From: Paraspadella gotoi
Taxonomy: Eukaryota > Animalia > Chaetognatha
Direction: 5' to 3'
Assembly: GCA_051294375.1 (NCBI GenBank)
Contig: CM119266.1
Span: 8,208,606 to 8,272,605, forward strand
Length of the DNA stretch: 64,000 nt
Shown here piece after piece: positions 1 to 13,402 of the stretch. Made by a program: the position numbers and the translations under genes. The notes under the pieces are model-generated. The model did not search any database. It saw only the letters and a program-made list of their open reading frames with translations, and was not told the origin of the DNA. The first letter of the stretch is position 1; every line of letters starts with the position of its first letter.

Positions 1-172
1 TTTTCCGGGAATTTCCCAAACGGATTTGGGCGCGTGAGGGTCGAACTCGTGGTCGTCATGGTGATGGTCATCATCGTGGTGGTGTTGTGAGTGATCGTGT
101 GGGTGGTCGGTATGGGAGTAAAGTCCGGTGGTGTTTGCGAAAGTCAAGCTCATTTTCGGAATCGATGAAGCA
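1..172 (-). CDS. His/Asp-rich coding exon of a gene running off the window; possible metal-binding protein (UreG-like or metal-transporter N-terminus)
   Basis: Acceptor ttcag at 173-177 (minus); ATG at 153. Open frame MSLTFANTTGLYSHTDHPHDHSQHHHDDDHHHDDHEFDPHAPKSVWEIPGK reaches the window edge. Product identity is inference. Confidence 0.5.
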
Positions 173-3100
173 CTGAAGGGCGAGGAAAAAAAAGGCTTAA
201 GTATGAATTAAGAAAGAGTAAAAAACGATTGTTATAAATTATTTAAAAAAATATTACATTTTTCAAATTTAAACACTTCTGGGAAAATAAAGAATAAACT
301 TTTGAGAATTTTATATATATTTCAAATATATCTAAAATATTTCGAAAATTTTCTTGCAAACATTAGGGTGAAGGTTGCGTATTCCTAAAGTTATAAGGTT
401 ATCAAAGTATTAAAACTTAAAAAAAAGTGGGAAAGATCAAAATGAGACAAAAACAGAGAGGAACCCTAATTTTAAAAAAAGCCAAGAGTGCAACCCTAAT
501 CCTCTCCGCGTCATCGAGAGAGGATTTTTTCGCCAAATGAGAACGGGCGTCGTCGATGCAGCTATCGCCGATGTCAACAAAAACAAAAAAGTCGATGTTA
601 AGGAGATTTCGTTTCCTAATTCCAATTTTGGATTCCCCCCCCTCCCAAAAAAAAGTACTGAAAACGAAAATTAGCTCAATTTCGGTTAATAATTTTTAGG
701 GAAGCGGTGAAATTTGAAACTTTTGAAAAAAATTTGGAAAGGGGAGGGGGATATTTGACTATTAAGCCGTCGAATGGCCAAATTTGAGATTTAATCGATG
801 AGGATGATAACTATCTTTTGGCTGGAGGATGGAACCCAAAAGAAAATATTCGATGGACGAAGTTTATCGCTAGCCAATATTTTATTTTACGCTCGGCGGA
901 TTGACGTGTCAAATGATTTTAAACATTTTTCGTAAATGGTATCCTTGATAAAATGTAAGTGATTTTGTTTTTGTTTTTTGTTTTTGTTTTTTTTTGTAAA
1001 CGAAAACGGATCCGCGATCGCGAAAGTTTTCTCCTTCGTAATTACTTCGCGAATATCCCAGTCGCCAAAGCTAGAGCGCCAACACTTTTTAAAGCCCAGT
1101 TTTTTTCTTTTTTTTTTTCAAACCCAACGTTTTTTCTGCCCCGCGTGTTTTTTTTTCTTTTCGATTTTCTTTTTATCCCGAGTTGGCCAACTTTTTTCCC
1201 CCCTCAGAAATAAGTTTCTCTCGAGTCTCGATCATAGACTGAAAAAATTGGTTGGCGTGGGTGATTGGTAGTTTGATGGTTGATATGAAAGATTAGACGA
1301 AAGGTGGTTGGTTCGGGTGGGTAATTAGTGGTTAGATGAGTTATGGAGTCAAAAGTTTTTCAATGTGCACGATACAGCGATGGATTAAAAAAAGAGCATA
1401 TTTCACTTTTTTTTCGACGGCCAAGATGCGTGATGAGTAGATAGATATGAGGGGGGCAAGGTTTCCGGGTTGAAAGCACGGAAAGTGAAGGCGTCAAAAC
1501 GGTGAAGAGGCGAAGCGGGGGTGTCAGTGGTGAAGGGGGGCTGTGAGAGAGAGCGAAATAAAACCTACGTGAAATGATGCGGTAGAAGCGAAAATAGGTT
1601 GGATCGATCATTTGTTTTTAGGCGAATAGGAAAGGCCGCGACGAAAACTGGGTTCGCTTAATCTTTCTCTGGGAACTTGTGGAGACTGATGGACGGAAGA
1701 TCGATTTATAGGGAAAGGTCGACCATCGGGGAGGAAAAAGAGAAATGCGAAGGACCAATTGATGTGGAAGGTCATGGAGAGAAGAGATGATATGCTGGTG
1801 TGGGAGGCTATGGGGAATGTGATAAGGCCTGAAAGCGTAAGACGAGGGCGAATTAATTGTTTGGCAAAGAGTGAAACCGGAAGAATAATAATAAATTGAC
1901 TATTGATTGATAATCCAAGAACGAAAAACCCTATTCAAGCAAAGAAAGGGACAAGAAAAAAGGATAAATATTGACCAAAATAAAAAAGGGAAATGGACGG
2001 AGGAAAAAAGTGAATAGAGGAAATGGAGGGGCTCGACCAGCAAAAGCCGGTGAACGATAACCGCCCACTCACTCGGTTACCAATTTCGCCCACATAGTTA
2101 TTGCTCATGCGCACCAACGAGTCAACCACCTCTTTTTTTTCTCATTCCCCTTGTCAACTTCCCCATAAAACCGAGTAGAAATTATGACCGAAGTAAATAA
2201 CAGTTTTCGTGATAACAGAAGACCTTATCGTCTTTTGCCTCTTCGTTAGCCATCCACATGAAAACCCAGTCCCTTTTATCATTACTATTTTCGCTATTTC
2301 TAGATACCCCCCACCCAATTTTCCTTTTCTCTATTCGCCAATTCTCTTTTTCCCCAAAGTCCACCATCCACCCACCCACAATTGGAACAAGAAAACATTC
2401 TTTTTACATCCCCGCGCAAAAAGAGAAAAAAATGTCTCAGGTTTCCCATTCGCGTTTTCGAAACTTGTATTTTTTCTTCTAATTATTTTTTTTCCCCAAG
2501 AAATAATATCGAATTTATTCTCATCTTCAACTGTCAATAAATTATTTTTTTCTCGCAAAAACAAAGAGCCGCAACAGCAGTGGGGCCCGTAATGCGCAGG
2601 GTGCGGGACAGCAACACCACGCTTTGACTACAAAAGCATGAAACCGTCTAAATTTAGATCGCAATTCACGGTTGACATCGAGGCCATTTGGCACTGGCAT
2701 TGGTTGAAAAAAAAAAAATGCCTTGAAAACCTCCGCCAAACATGATTAAATCACGGGTAGTTAGCGAGGTAGTTAAAGGTAGGCTAACCCAAAACTAAAG
2801 ACCACGCCGCAACTTTTTTATCTACCATTCTACCACTTTCCCTTCACCACCACTGAAAAAAAAAAATGATTAAAATAGTAATAGGGATTCCTGCACCGAT
2901 CGCTGTGAGAAAAGTATTGTCATTTATGATCTTTAAATTACGATTCCCGGTTTATCATTAATACTTTTCTTTATCATTAATGATATTTCCATATCAGTCG
3001 GTCCCTTGTCCCGTGTACTTTGCATCTTTATATTCGTTTGAGTAAAACCGACGGAGAAATAGGAGCGAGCCCCCCCACAAACGAATAACCAAAGGTCGAT

Positions 3101-3374
3101 TTTGGTTTAAACAAGTTTGAGCAAACAATATCTGATCTGCCCACACTCATTATCGGTAATTAATTAATAATTAATTAATTCAAGTTAATTAATTAATTAG
3201 GCAATTAATTAATTTGAACCGAAATGTTTTTTTTGACTGATTGACAGATTAATTAATTATTGATTAATTAATTGACTAATTGATGAATTAACTGATTCAT
3301 TATTTGATTAATTAATACATCTTGCATTTAAATTTTATATAAAAAGAAAAAGAAGTATAATCAATTAGTGAAAC

Positions 3375-3842
3375 AGGTTTTTTGTTTTTTTCCATTTAAA
3401 CTCATTTCCACTCAAACGATTCTATCGAAACTTGATTTCCAGCTTAATCACACTTTCCTACCCACATTCAAAATTCAGGTCAATCGCCCCATCCACTTAT
3501 AAGTAATTGGTGTTCAAATAGTGAAATATATTTTTTGTTTTTTCCATTTAAACTCATTTCCACTCGGACAATTCCATCGAAACTTCATATTCAGCTCAAT
3601 CACAAACTTCCCTACCCTCACACAAAATCTCATTCCAAACCATCCATCCAATCACGAGTAATTAGTGTTTTTTGCTAAGGTTGGACGGACAGACAGAAGG
3701 ACATTTTTTTGTATAATTTTTCATAATTCGATGTACTGACATGATATAAGTCAGTGCCCGACAAGATTTAGGGGGCGGACCGGCGTACCGACTAAGTGAA
3801 TTATAGAGTCGGGATCTGCGGATAAGCAGATCCGACTAAAAA
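3375..3842 (-). mobile_element. DINE-1/HINE-like non-autonomous Helentron derivative
   Basis: Minus strand starts TTTTAGTCGGATCTGC-TTATCC-GCAGATCCCGACTCTATAA (terminal hairpin, 3807-3837). A GTCY-type microsatellite follows (ggacggacagacag, ~3683-3697), then two ~150-bp tandem units (~3378-3520, ~3532-3670, both starting tttgttttttccatttaaactcatttccactc). This order matches the DINE/HINE layout. Confidence 0.6.
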
Positions 3843-5837
3843 GCGAAACTTAAGTCTATTACTTTGCGCAGGAGTTTTTAAAAGAACGAATTGTCGGCAA
3901 TTAATGATAAAAATAAATAAATTACTCTTAATTAATAGATAGAAACTAAATATCATGTAATTTCAGATAAATATCCTCGCAAAGAATTCATTTTAGATAA
4001 AACGAAAATTAAATTTAGAATAAATCGGGAATTTAGAATATAGTAATTAAAATTAATTCCTTAATTGACTTACCCATCCCGCGATCCGTACCGTCCGTAT
4101 GTTCCTCCGTCTGCTCGGCGTCGTTTCAACTCGATTATCACAAACTCAGTTCCAGTTCATCTGACATTTCAAAATTAGTTCCCTACGGAAAACGGATATA
4201 TCTGGAAATAAAAGGAATCATTGTTTTGGTAATCGTATACAAGGACGACGACTACGACATCAAATTACGGCGAAAAAAAAAAATATCGAGAAAAAAAGTT
4301 TTTAACCCAGAGTTTTCACTACAGTATGAACCAAACCTTGAAACTGTTAATGCAGCATACCACCATAGAAAGTGTTAATCAGTTATACACTGTTTTCCTC
4401 CATTATAAAACGCTATTATATGTTTTATACCTGAAGCGAGAAGGCCAAAATAACTTAGAGATTTAAAACAAACTTTTCTTAATTATTTCTCGCGACACTT
4501 TCAACAACAAACGATTCCTTTCAAGCATAAATCAAACGTTTGTTTTTAGTTTCAGAACATCTTTTTTTTTCTTCCAACCTGAAGCCAAAAATGGAACCGC
4601 TTTATTTTGGAACTGGTTTCTCTCCAACTTTTATTTACTTAAAAACCTTTAATTCCTAAAATGATTTTTCCCCCCAACTTCTGTTTTGCGGCACATCTTA
4701 AGTCTACCTATTAGAAGAGTAACATAATAATTGTTATCCCTATGGTGGACAAAAATCCACCAACCGTTCATCAGCGGCCATTGGTGCCGGAGGCAAGTCA
4801 TTCGGGGTTCTAGCCTGGTGGTCGCCTAGCAGTTAAGAGGGACGGGGTGCTTAACCCGCCTGTAACATGGTGTTACAGCCTGATCCAAAGGGTAAATATT
4901 TCTATTTAATATTAAAAAATCTCTCCCTCGCTCTTCGCTTTTACGATTTTCTCCAATTAAAGCGACCATTAAGTTCCAGCAACAGTTATTTCGTCACACC
5001 GCACCAATAGATATAAAATGATTTTTTTTTATTAAAAAAATATAACCGCGCAATGCAACAAAAATAAAACCATTACGGTAAATAAAATACAGAACAATAA
5101 ATAAAAACAATTGCAAGAATTAGAGAAAAGAGACCAACGAACTAGTCCATACAAGTTCATCTTTATTCCTAATCACAGGCATTCACCCTTGTTAGTTCAG
5201 TACATATTATCAAACATTAATTTGGCAAGGTTACAAACCTTTCTGCAACTTCCATTCATTACGAAGGCAGCGTCACTAAGAACCGAGGTGACGTGATCTC
5301 AGTTTTGCCCCAATCCAATGTCAAAGAAAAGCCAAAACATTGTCACTAATTAATGAGCACCGAAGATGTTAATTTACTCAATCAGTCATTACTTTCTCTT
5401 TAACCAATGCAGGTACATATAAAATTTGTGAAAGAACCCCCTCTCGACCCGGCGGGCAACATTAAGTTTATATTTATATAACGTAGTTTTTTAATCCACT
5501 TTTCGCCTTGTTAATAATTATAATATATAATATAATATAAAATTCAGCTCCTTGTATTTTGATGCTAGTGCGGAGTACAATAAGTATTCCCCGATCTAAT
5601 ACTTAAGGGAGTGGTCTTTTCATACAATTGAAGCATTCTTTGAAATATTTTCCACTTCATTGATAGGGAAGCCAGGTACTCTGGGAATGAATAAACGGGA
5701 CTGTGAGAGAGTCTTGCTTGAAAGCTTGCAGGGACCTGCTATGTAATTATCTTGTAAGAGTGATGGAGGCCTTAAACCACCAAAGCCTGTCCAAAGTCAG
5801 GGGCAAGATAGCTTATTTATTAAATGAATGGATAATT

Positions 5838-6359
5838 GGGATGGTGCATTGAGGCGCTGCGAAGGAAACTGCTTTAATCTATGTGTGGTGATGAGGCTAC
5901 CAGACAACCGCCCCCAGGACTCACTATTACATATGAGAGTATGAAACAGGGGATGAAGCACGTGTTTCTCCCTTTTTCTGAACCTCTCATTTTGATGACC
6001 TTTGGATTGAGTGCCAGCTGCGTAGCTCAAACCACATCAAGGACAGAGGAGTATTATCATGCCCAGATTGTATGTTTGGGATCACTTCGAGCTTACCATT
6101 AAAGAGGCTGGTTTTAAAGGGCGCCACACCCACAGCAGTGTTACTTCGTGGCGACAGTGAGACAGCATGTTCATGTAGTCCAGAGCTTTGGATCTGGCAG
6201 CTGGCCTTTGCTTACTGGCGGGTTACCCGGTCCATCCAATTTCTACATGTCAGAGCTTGAACCAGGGACGCACAGTGGGATGGTGCATAAGTCCTCTGAT
6301 CCACTGAGGCGCTGCGAAGGAAACGGCTTTAATCCATCTGTGGTGATAGGGCCACCAGA
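5838..6359. repeat. Dispersed direct repeat pair, ~70-80 bp, ~450 bp apart
   Basis: gggatggtgcat...gaggcgctgcgaaggaaac[t/g]gctttaatc at 5838-5904 and 6277-6359; the second copy carries a short insertion. Confidence 0.7.
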
Positions 6360-6699
6360 ATATCTCTCTTTACCGAGGCAGAAGAGCATCTGAGTTAGAG
6401 ATGGTCGTCTGGACTTTACATTCGTAAAGTTTTAAACACTTCCCCACTACCATAAAACATGATTTTTTTTTCTTTTGAACACAACGACCGGTAAAAATAG
6501 ACGGCGCAACTGATAATAAAACCACTCGAGTTTCACTGCAACGTTCACAGCTTCGTGGGCGTCTAATCCAAGAATGATGAAATTCGTCAAGCAGATGACG
6601 GAGGCGGCGAGAGAAAATCCTGTCGGCTGTACAAATACAAAATCGAATGCGTGGAGACGTCAATTCGAACAAAAGAACAAAAATTTTTCAAGAACAAAA

Positions 6700-6800
6700 A
6701 ATACTTTCGCTATCAAAGCGTGGCGCGACGTCCCGCGTCTTTCATCGCTACGTGACGCGTGACGCGTTTTTCTTGGCGCAAAACACGAAATTTGGTGTCG
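6700..6800. promoter_or_regulatory. CpG-dense promoter-like patch
   Basis: tggcgcgacgtcccgcg, tandem gtgacgcgtgacgcgt (CRE-half-site-like) and tttcttggcgc (E2F-like) in AT-rich surroundings. No target gene identified. Confidence 0.25.
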
Positions 6801-8903
6801 TGTGCACCGAATGACTTCGTTTTCCGATTTCGTAGCTGAGGGGAGAGAGAGAGAGCGAGATACAAAGAGAAAAATGGCAAAGATCCGTGCGCAACGTGGG
6901 AGACAGAGTCGTTGGAGAAAGAGCGAGTTAAGCATGACCAGTGTGGCTCTGCGTGGGAGAGAATGATATGCGCGATCCAGGCCTTATTACTAATGAGTAG
7001 GAGGAAGAGGAAATCTCTTTCGATGAAGAGGAAAAAGAAAGAAAAAAAAAAAGAAAAGAACAGCGGGAATCAGCTGAGTGAAATGTAAGTAGAGCTCGAG
7101 AGAGACAGAGACGCAAAGAGAGAGAAAGAGGCACGGTTCCACATTTGTTTTGAGTCACTTCCCCCCTCCACTTGTTTGTAATCATTATCTTCCGTCAGTT
7201 CCGTCAGTAATAAATTTCTATTTTTTTTAAATTTAAAGTAGAAATCTACTATGAAATTAAATTCAATAGGGGCGGGGATTCAAAACTTTAGTCTTGAAGT
7301 CTACTTTTAGGTAAAAAAAGAATTTTTTAAAAAAATTCGATTTTAATGCTTTTATTGTTGCTATTAAAATTACAATATTACTATATAATGATAAAAAATT
7401 TTTTTAATCAATCCTAACTTTTTTTGATGGATTCTGATGGAGCATAAAAAGTTAAATAAAAAATTTAACTACAACTTTCGAAAATATTTATGTTTTCTTG
7501 GTCAAAATTAAGAAAAAGTAATAAAATTATCGAAAAATGATGATGATGATGATTATAAATAGTTTTTCATATTTTTCACATACTTATGATCAAAATATCG
7601 AAAAAAGAATTATACTTTGTGTAGACAACTTTTTGCAAGCTACCTGAATCTGATTTTAAAAATCAAAAAATCCAAAAAATTTTTTTAGCCTTTCCTATTT
7701 ATAAATAAATATTTAAAAATTAATATATGGAGTATGGAGTAATATAAAAAATTTTGTCTATTCTAATTTTTTTTTAAATGTCTAAATTTTCGTTTGAGCA
7801 GGTGCTTAATTCATTTCTTAACCACCTTACTGAGTTAGTCTCCCCCTATTTAAAGCTCACGAGGAACTGGTAACTTCTGTTCAACGTCCGCTTCTCGCCG
7901 AATTACTTTTGTGGGGAGTATTTTTTTAAAAAGAATTTTATTTTCGTTTTACCTTCTTGAGAAATCAGGTTTCAAGCCAAAATTCGTAATCTCAGTACTG
8001 ATATGATTTTCTACATTTACATTAATGACGCTTAAACGTCATAGTTATCGCATATCCGAGATATTTGAGTGGGCGAATTCTAAAAAAAAACAGGAATAAT
8101 ACTAGGCATAACTTACAGCCTTCATAATTTTTGTATGTTTTCAAAGGTTTTTTTTACTAAGACATTCATGTCTACGTAAACGTAATAAGTTCAACTTCCG
8201 GTTCAAAATGAATAAAGTAATTAATTGGTCCGATTTACTTAATTACTTAATTTACTTAATCTCCAAAGGTTTGTTGAGCTGTCTACTGCTGCAACGCTCT
8301 ATAAAAATACTTTCCAGTTCTAATGATACACCTCAAAGTCAAACTCTAATCAACTTTGTTTCAGCGAAAATCGGATTTCAAATTTGGAAGCGAAAAGCGA
8401 TCGAATTTCGGAAGAGGTTTGAGGAGAGGAAGGATTAAGATCGAAAATGCGATTACTAGTTTTTCGATTTCGCGAATTCGGGAGACGAGGAGACGGTAAC
8501 AGGAACGCGTTGTGACGGGAAAAGATGAAAGAAAAATCCCGAGTGATAAAAACGAGAATCAAAATGTAAATGTCGCTTTTATTTTTTTCTCTGTGAACAA
8601 AGTTTTTATAACTTATATATAATATATTTTTTATAACATATATAAGTTAAGGCGTTAAAGGGAAAAATGTATTCCGCGATATGATGTAGCTTATTCGCCT
8701 AGAAATTTAGTTATTCCTCCTTTAAAATTACTTCTAAAGTAGTAATACATTAATAATTCATCACAGCTTGTTTAATCGCCAACCCATGGCTCCACAGATG
8801 TCGAAAAGTGGTATATAGCAGTTAAACGGTTTCCGATTTTAAACTTGGTACATTCTAAATTTCGTACAAAACAAGAACCAAAATTTAAATCTTTTACGCT
8901 ACT

Positions 8904-11711
8904 TTAATTTTTGCCTTTTGTCTTCACGCATTTTGCGATACATCTTTCCATGGAGGAGAAATTGTTTGCGTTTCCACGGCAACCTCCGAAGTAAAAAGGT
9001 TCACACTTTCCGTAGTCGACGTTGAAAAAGTACCGCCGGATTAGCGCCTTACAGGGTCCGACCTTACGCGGCATCAAACAGGCGCCCTGTGGTTTAAAAA
9101 AAAATTATCATAACCATAACCACCAGAAAATAATTATTATAACCATAACCAATGTCTTATTTACTAGGTTTAACGAAGAAAAAACTTCATTACCAAGATT
9201 TATGTGTCGAAAAACACAATAATTCCTTTCTCTACTTGTACTACTATTTAATTAATCATCCCGCTTTGTTTTGTCATTAGACTTAGTCTTGTTTGATGTT
9301 ATTGTCTGTACAAAAACAACCATGTAGAATTCGAAATAAAACGCATATATTTAAATGCAGTTACTAAATCTTTATAAATAGATCAAATAGTACGATGCAA
9401 TAACTTAAATTAGTAACGAATGTTTTAAATTTTCTCTTATCTCCGATCTCTTGGTTATCTCTTATCTCTTCCCTACGCTCTTACTCATCTTGAGAAGAAC
9501 CCTCCATCTTATTCCTTCCTTAGTTTCGCGCATAAAACCTTATCCCTTCCCCTTTTCCAATCTCCTTTCTTTTACCTTCTTTCCCTTTTTTCTTTTCAAG
9601 TTTCCTTACCTCCCCTTTTCCCCTTACCTTTCTTCGTCGAATCCCTCTCCTGATTCTCTTCTTCGATCGAGACAAATATCTTCCCCTTCCTTTTCCTTCG
9701 GCCCCCGAACTCCCGACGGATTTGCAGACTGCGGACATGGGCGGCGCCCAGTGGTAAACCCACCTGGGGGGGTGAGGTAAAAAAGAGATGAGGGAAAGGT
9801 TAGTTTCAAACAAACAAAAAATAACGTGCGACTTAAGACTTTGCGGTGAACTAAGTCGGGAGAGGGGGGGCGTGGAAAAAAAAGAGTCTTGTGAGAAAGA
9901 AGAGAGCGGGAAGAGAGTGGAAGGAAAGAGGAAAGAGGTAGAGAAGTGTGAGAAAGAAGGAATGACGGAAACTGAAGAAAAGAGCTTTTCAAGACATAGC
10001 TACGAACCGTTGATCCTTTAATTAGCCAAAAATCTAATATGCTATCTAATATGATATTCGTCTAGGCAAAAAAAAAAGGCAATAATTTCTGGAATACACC
10101 CCAGACAGGAGTCACAACTTCCTCGCTACCACAAGACGACCCGACTTATTCCTCACCCAAAACTCACCCTTTTCTCTCGCTCCACAACGCGGCGCACTCC
10201 ATCGTGGGGACCCCGACGAGGACGTAACCGTCATCGCAGGCCACGGAGACCACGGCGCCGAGAGCGGAGGCGTAGTCGCCGTCCATGATGCCCACGCCGT
10301 CCGCCGCCTCTACGATGGAGCCGTGGTCGGGCGGATCCGGCTCCGGGCAGCGGGCGGAAGGATCAGGGGATGGACGGGAAAAAAGGGTAGTGGGCGGGGA
10401 AGGGGTTGTCGGGCTGGAGGGTAAAAAGAAAGTTTAAAATAGACGAAAATCTGGATGTAACCAAATATTAATCCACTATTTATATTCTCAGCGTTGAGAC
10501 GTATTTACTTCAATAAACCCGAAAAATACCAACTTTTACGAAATTATGTAAATTACAATTTTACTTTATAAAAACCGGTTTTGACTCTGCGACATTTACA
10601 AAACTGCGACAAATGTGTTACACGTGTCCACTGAGGTTTTTATGACGAAAACCAATTTAGTTCGAAACCTGTCAGTTGTTTCGTATCCCGCTGTAGAGAA
10701 CGTCGGCTTCGTCGTTGCGGGCCAAGTTGAGTCAAACTTCGTGGCTAATAAAAAATAATGAAAGAAAAATTTTATCCTACCGAAAACATACACACAAAAT
10801 ATAACTAGATTTATTTAATTCTGTTAACTTATTCTATTATCTAACCCGTTTCCCGCCAAGGACATTCCAAACAAGCCTCCCCTCCTTCAGCCCGACACAG
10901 CGCGTCGGCCAGACGACAAACGAATCTCCTCAGCGACTTAATCTCTCTCTTGGCTTCGGCCGACAAACGTCGCAAGCGGCGCGTCTCCTCGCGGACGCGG
11001 ATGACGGCGACGATCAGCGGACGCAGATTCGCCGGAGCGTCGAGCGAGCCGACGTCAAAGTCGGGCATTTCCGTCGGGGGCAGATTAAGGTCGTCGCTCG
11101 AGGGGTCGACGGAACGATCGAGGATGTCGGGCGGATCCTCGTCGCCTTCGACGAGCGGTTGGGGGTCGGAAGAGAGATTCTTGGAGGCGGAGCAGCGCTG
11201 GAGACGATTGACAAGGGCATCGAAGAATGCGTCGTCAAATACGTGGGATCTGGAAGAGGGGGTTGATATTTTTCAGAGGCGTGTGTTTGGCAAAAAGCAT
11301 TAATTTTTAAATTATGAAATTTAGTTCAATGAAGACGAAGGCTTTGGTTGTTAGGGACAAGAGTTCATGACTTATGTAGATCAAAAAATAAAATCGATAT
11401 GTTTACCTGGCGGAAGTCGCACCGGTGGCGCACAAAATGCACAAAGCCGCTAAAACCCAAATAGAATTGCCGGGTACAGCACCGCCTCTTTGAACCGTCT
11501 CGGCATTTTCTGACGGCACCTTCCGGTCAATCTCGGCACCGTCTTCCGTCGACGACTGGCCCTCTCTTTCTCCCACGTTCCGGAACTCTTGGCAACGCCG
11601 TGAGCTCCTTCGAGAGCCTATACGAACATCCGGGGTGACGCCTGACGCCGTTAGGGCCGGCGCCGTCACGCCCGGCACTGTTACGCCAGCGTCGGCGTCA
11701 CGCGGAAGCAT
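8904..11711 (-). CDS. Secreted or membrane-anchored Sushi(CCP)-Kunitz protease inhibitor, 6 exons
   Basis: Phase-consistent GT-AG exons: 11711-11407 (ends in hydrophobic IWVLAALCILCATG), 11249-10846, 10744-10669 (Thr-rich), 10413-10168 (CPEPDPPDHGSI...VSVACDDGYVLVGVPTMEC), 9763-9628 (WVYHWAPPMSAVC then basic linker), 9086-8904 (CLMPRKVGPCKALIRRYFFNVDYGKCEPFYFGGCRGNANNFSSMERCIAKC, a canonical BPTI/Kunitz pattern). Stop TAA at 8904. Start codon is the least certain part. Confidence 0.9.
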
Positions 11712-13402
11712 TTCGGACCAATTTTTCTTTGTTTTCACGACGGGAAATTTTTCGGTAAAATATTTGACAATCTTTTTTTTTAAATTTGATAAAAACTAGA
11801 AATAGTTATAACGTAACGTTACGTATCTTTCTTATTTTCTTAGTTTTTTAATCAAAAGAACAAAGTGAGGTGACAAAAGGAATAAAAAATCGGATTGATA
11901 ATGTGTTGAAGGAGTGGCTGAGAGTTAAGGGAGTGTCAAACCAGCGGAGAAAACGCAACAAACATTTTGTTTTCAAAGCTTAGCACGTTGATTTTATAAA
12001 AAAAATTGAGTCTCCGTTCAAGTCTGGGAGATTTGACATTATCCTTTTCGAATTTACATTTTGCTTTTCGAATTTACGTTATAAGTTGGAACTTTGTCAT
12101 AAGCCTATCTAATGCCCTCTCAGAGAAAGTTTTAAAACAAACATATTGTTTTGTTTGTATTAAGTTTTTATCCGAAGAAACAAAAGACCAATACACGCAG
12201 ATGCGTCTTTCCCAAGTTTCAATTCTCAACCTTCGAAGCGATTTAACAAAGAAACTGGGATAAGATTACACTTGATATCCTAACCATTGTTCTTATATTT
12301 GAACTGGTTTTTGTAATGTTATTTGTTGAGACAAATATATATTTTGATTCAAGCTCTTACAACTGGAAACACTGGACGATTGTGCAGTGTTTCCGGCAAC
12401 GCGATAATTTATGATTTTAAAATTACAAATGATATTTCTTACAATATACTTCATATTATTTCGTTCTAGATATAAAACTTTTATTAGTAAATCAAGCAAA
12501 AATTTCGTTTCCAGAAATTTAACCGAGCGACGTTCGTAGGACCAGCAAAGTGAATGAAAAAACAGTATATTGATTTATTATTTATATTTATTGACAAAAG
12601 AGTGAAAAAAGAATGAGGCTTTTCACGCGGGATCTTCGCCTTTGATTCGAGTCACAATAGGAATAAATTTTTTTTTCAATAAAAAAAATTGGTTTAATTT
12701 TAGTGAAACTACTGGAAGCGGTTCACAGAAGGACCGATTAAAACGGTTTAGAAATTTTCTTCACATATTTCAGTCATAATAAAAACAAATTTTTTTTGGC
12801 TTGTATATCGTTACCTCACCTTTACAATTTCATTGTTTCAAAAGTACCTGAGGCTCACTTCATCGCTGACAATTTCGTTTACAAACGTTTTCACTTTTCC
12901 TTTTACGTATTGTATGTAATTTTGAACGCGAATCACATCCATTAATAGACCGTTTGATTTCAGTATTATGAGTCAATCCATTTTTAAAACCAGAGAGAGA
13001 GAATATAAGGGACAACATTATCAGACAACAGTTCGTGTGAAGGTCCTTTCCTCTTCTTTCACGTTCACAGTACAAACTCTAATTTTTATATCTTAGATGT
13101 TCAATTGTGTGAAATTTGTGCTCCGAGTATATTCAATACTAAAGACTAAATTTAATCTGTTTAATATAAATAAAGTTTTTCCTTCACCAGAACTTAAAAA
13201 AAGAATCAAGTTGACACGTCATTGCTCTATAATTTATCACAGCTTAACATGTGAAGTTTCAATTTTGACAATTCTAAACACATTGCACAACACATTCAGA
13301 CAAGGCTTGCGAAAAAGCAAAAAATTATGAAAAAAAATATCAATTAAATATTGACTGTAACAAGCAATGCAATAAATCTGATAAAATAACGCAGTTCACA
13401 AT

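Noticed and set aside
4075-4201. Minus-strand coding exon
   Set aside because: Good splice signals but stops in all three frames; at most a 5'UTR exon.
12800-13080. Extra TRPM C-terminal (Nudix or coiled-coil) exon
   Set aside because: It lies beyond the in-frame stop, the frames contain stops, and there is no Nudix motif.
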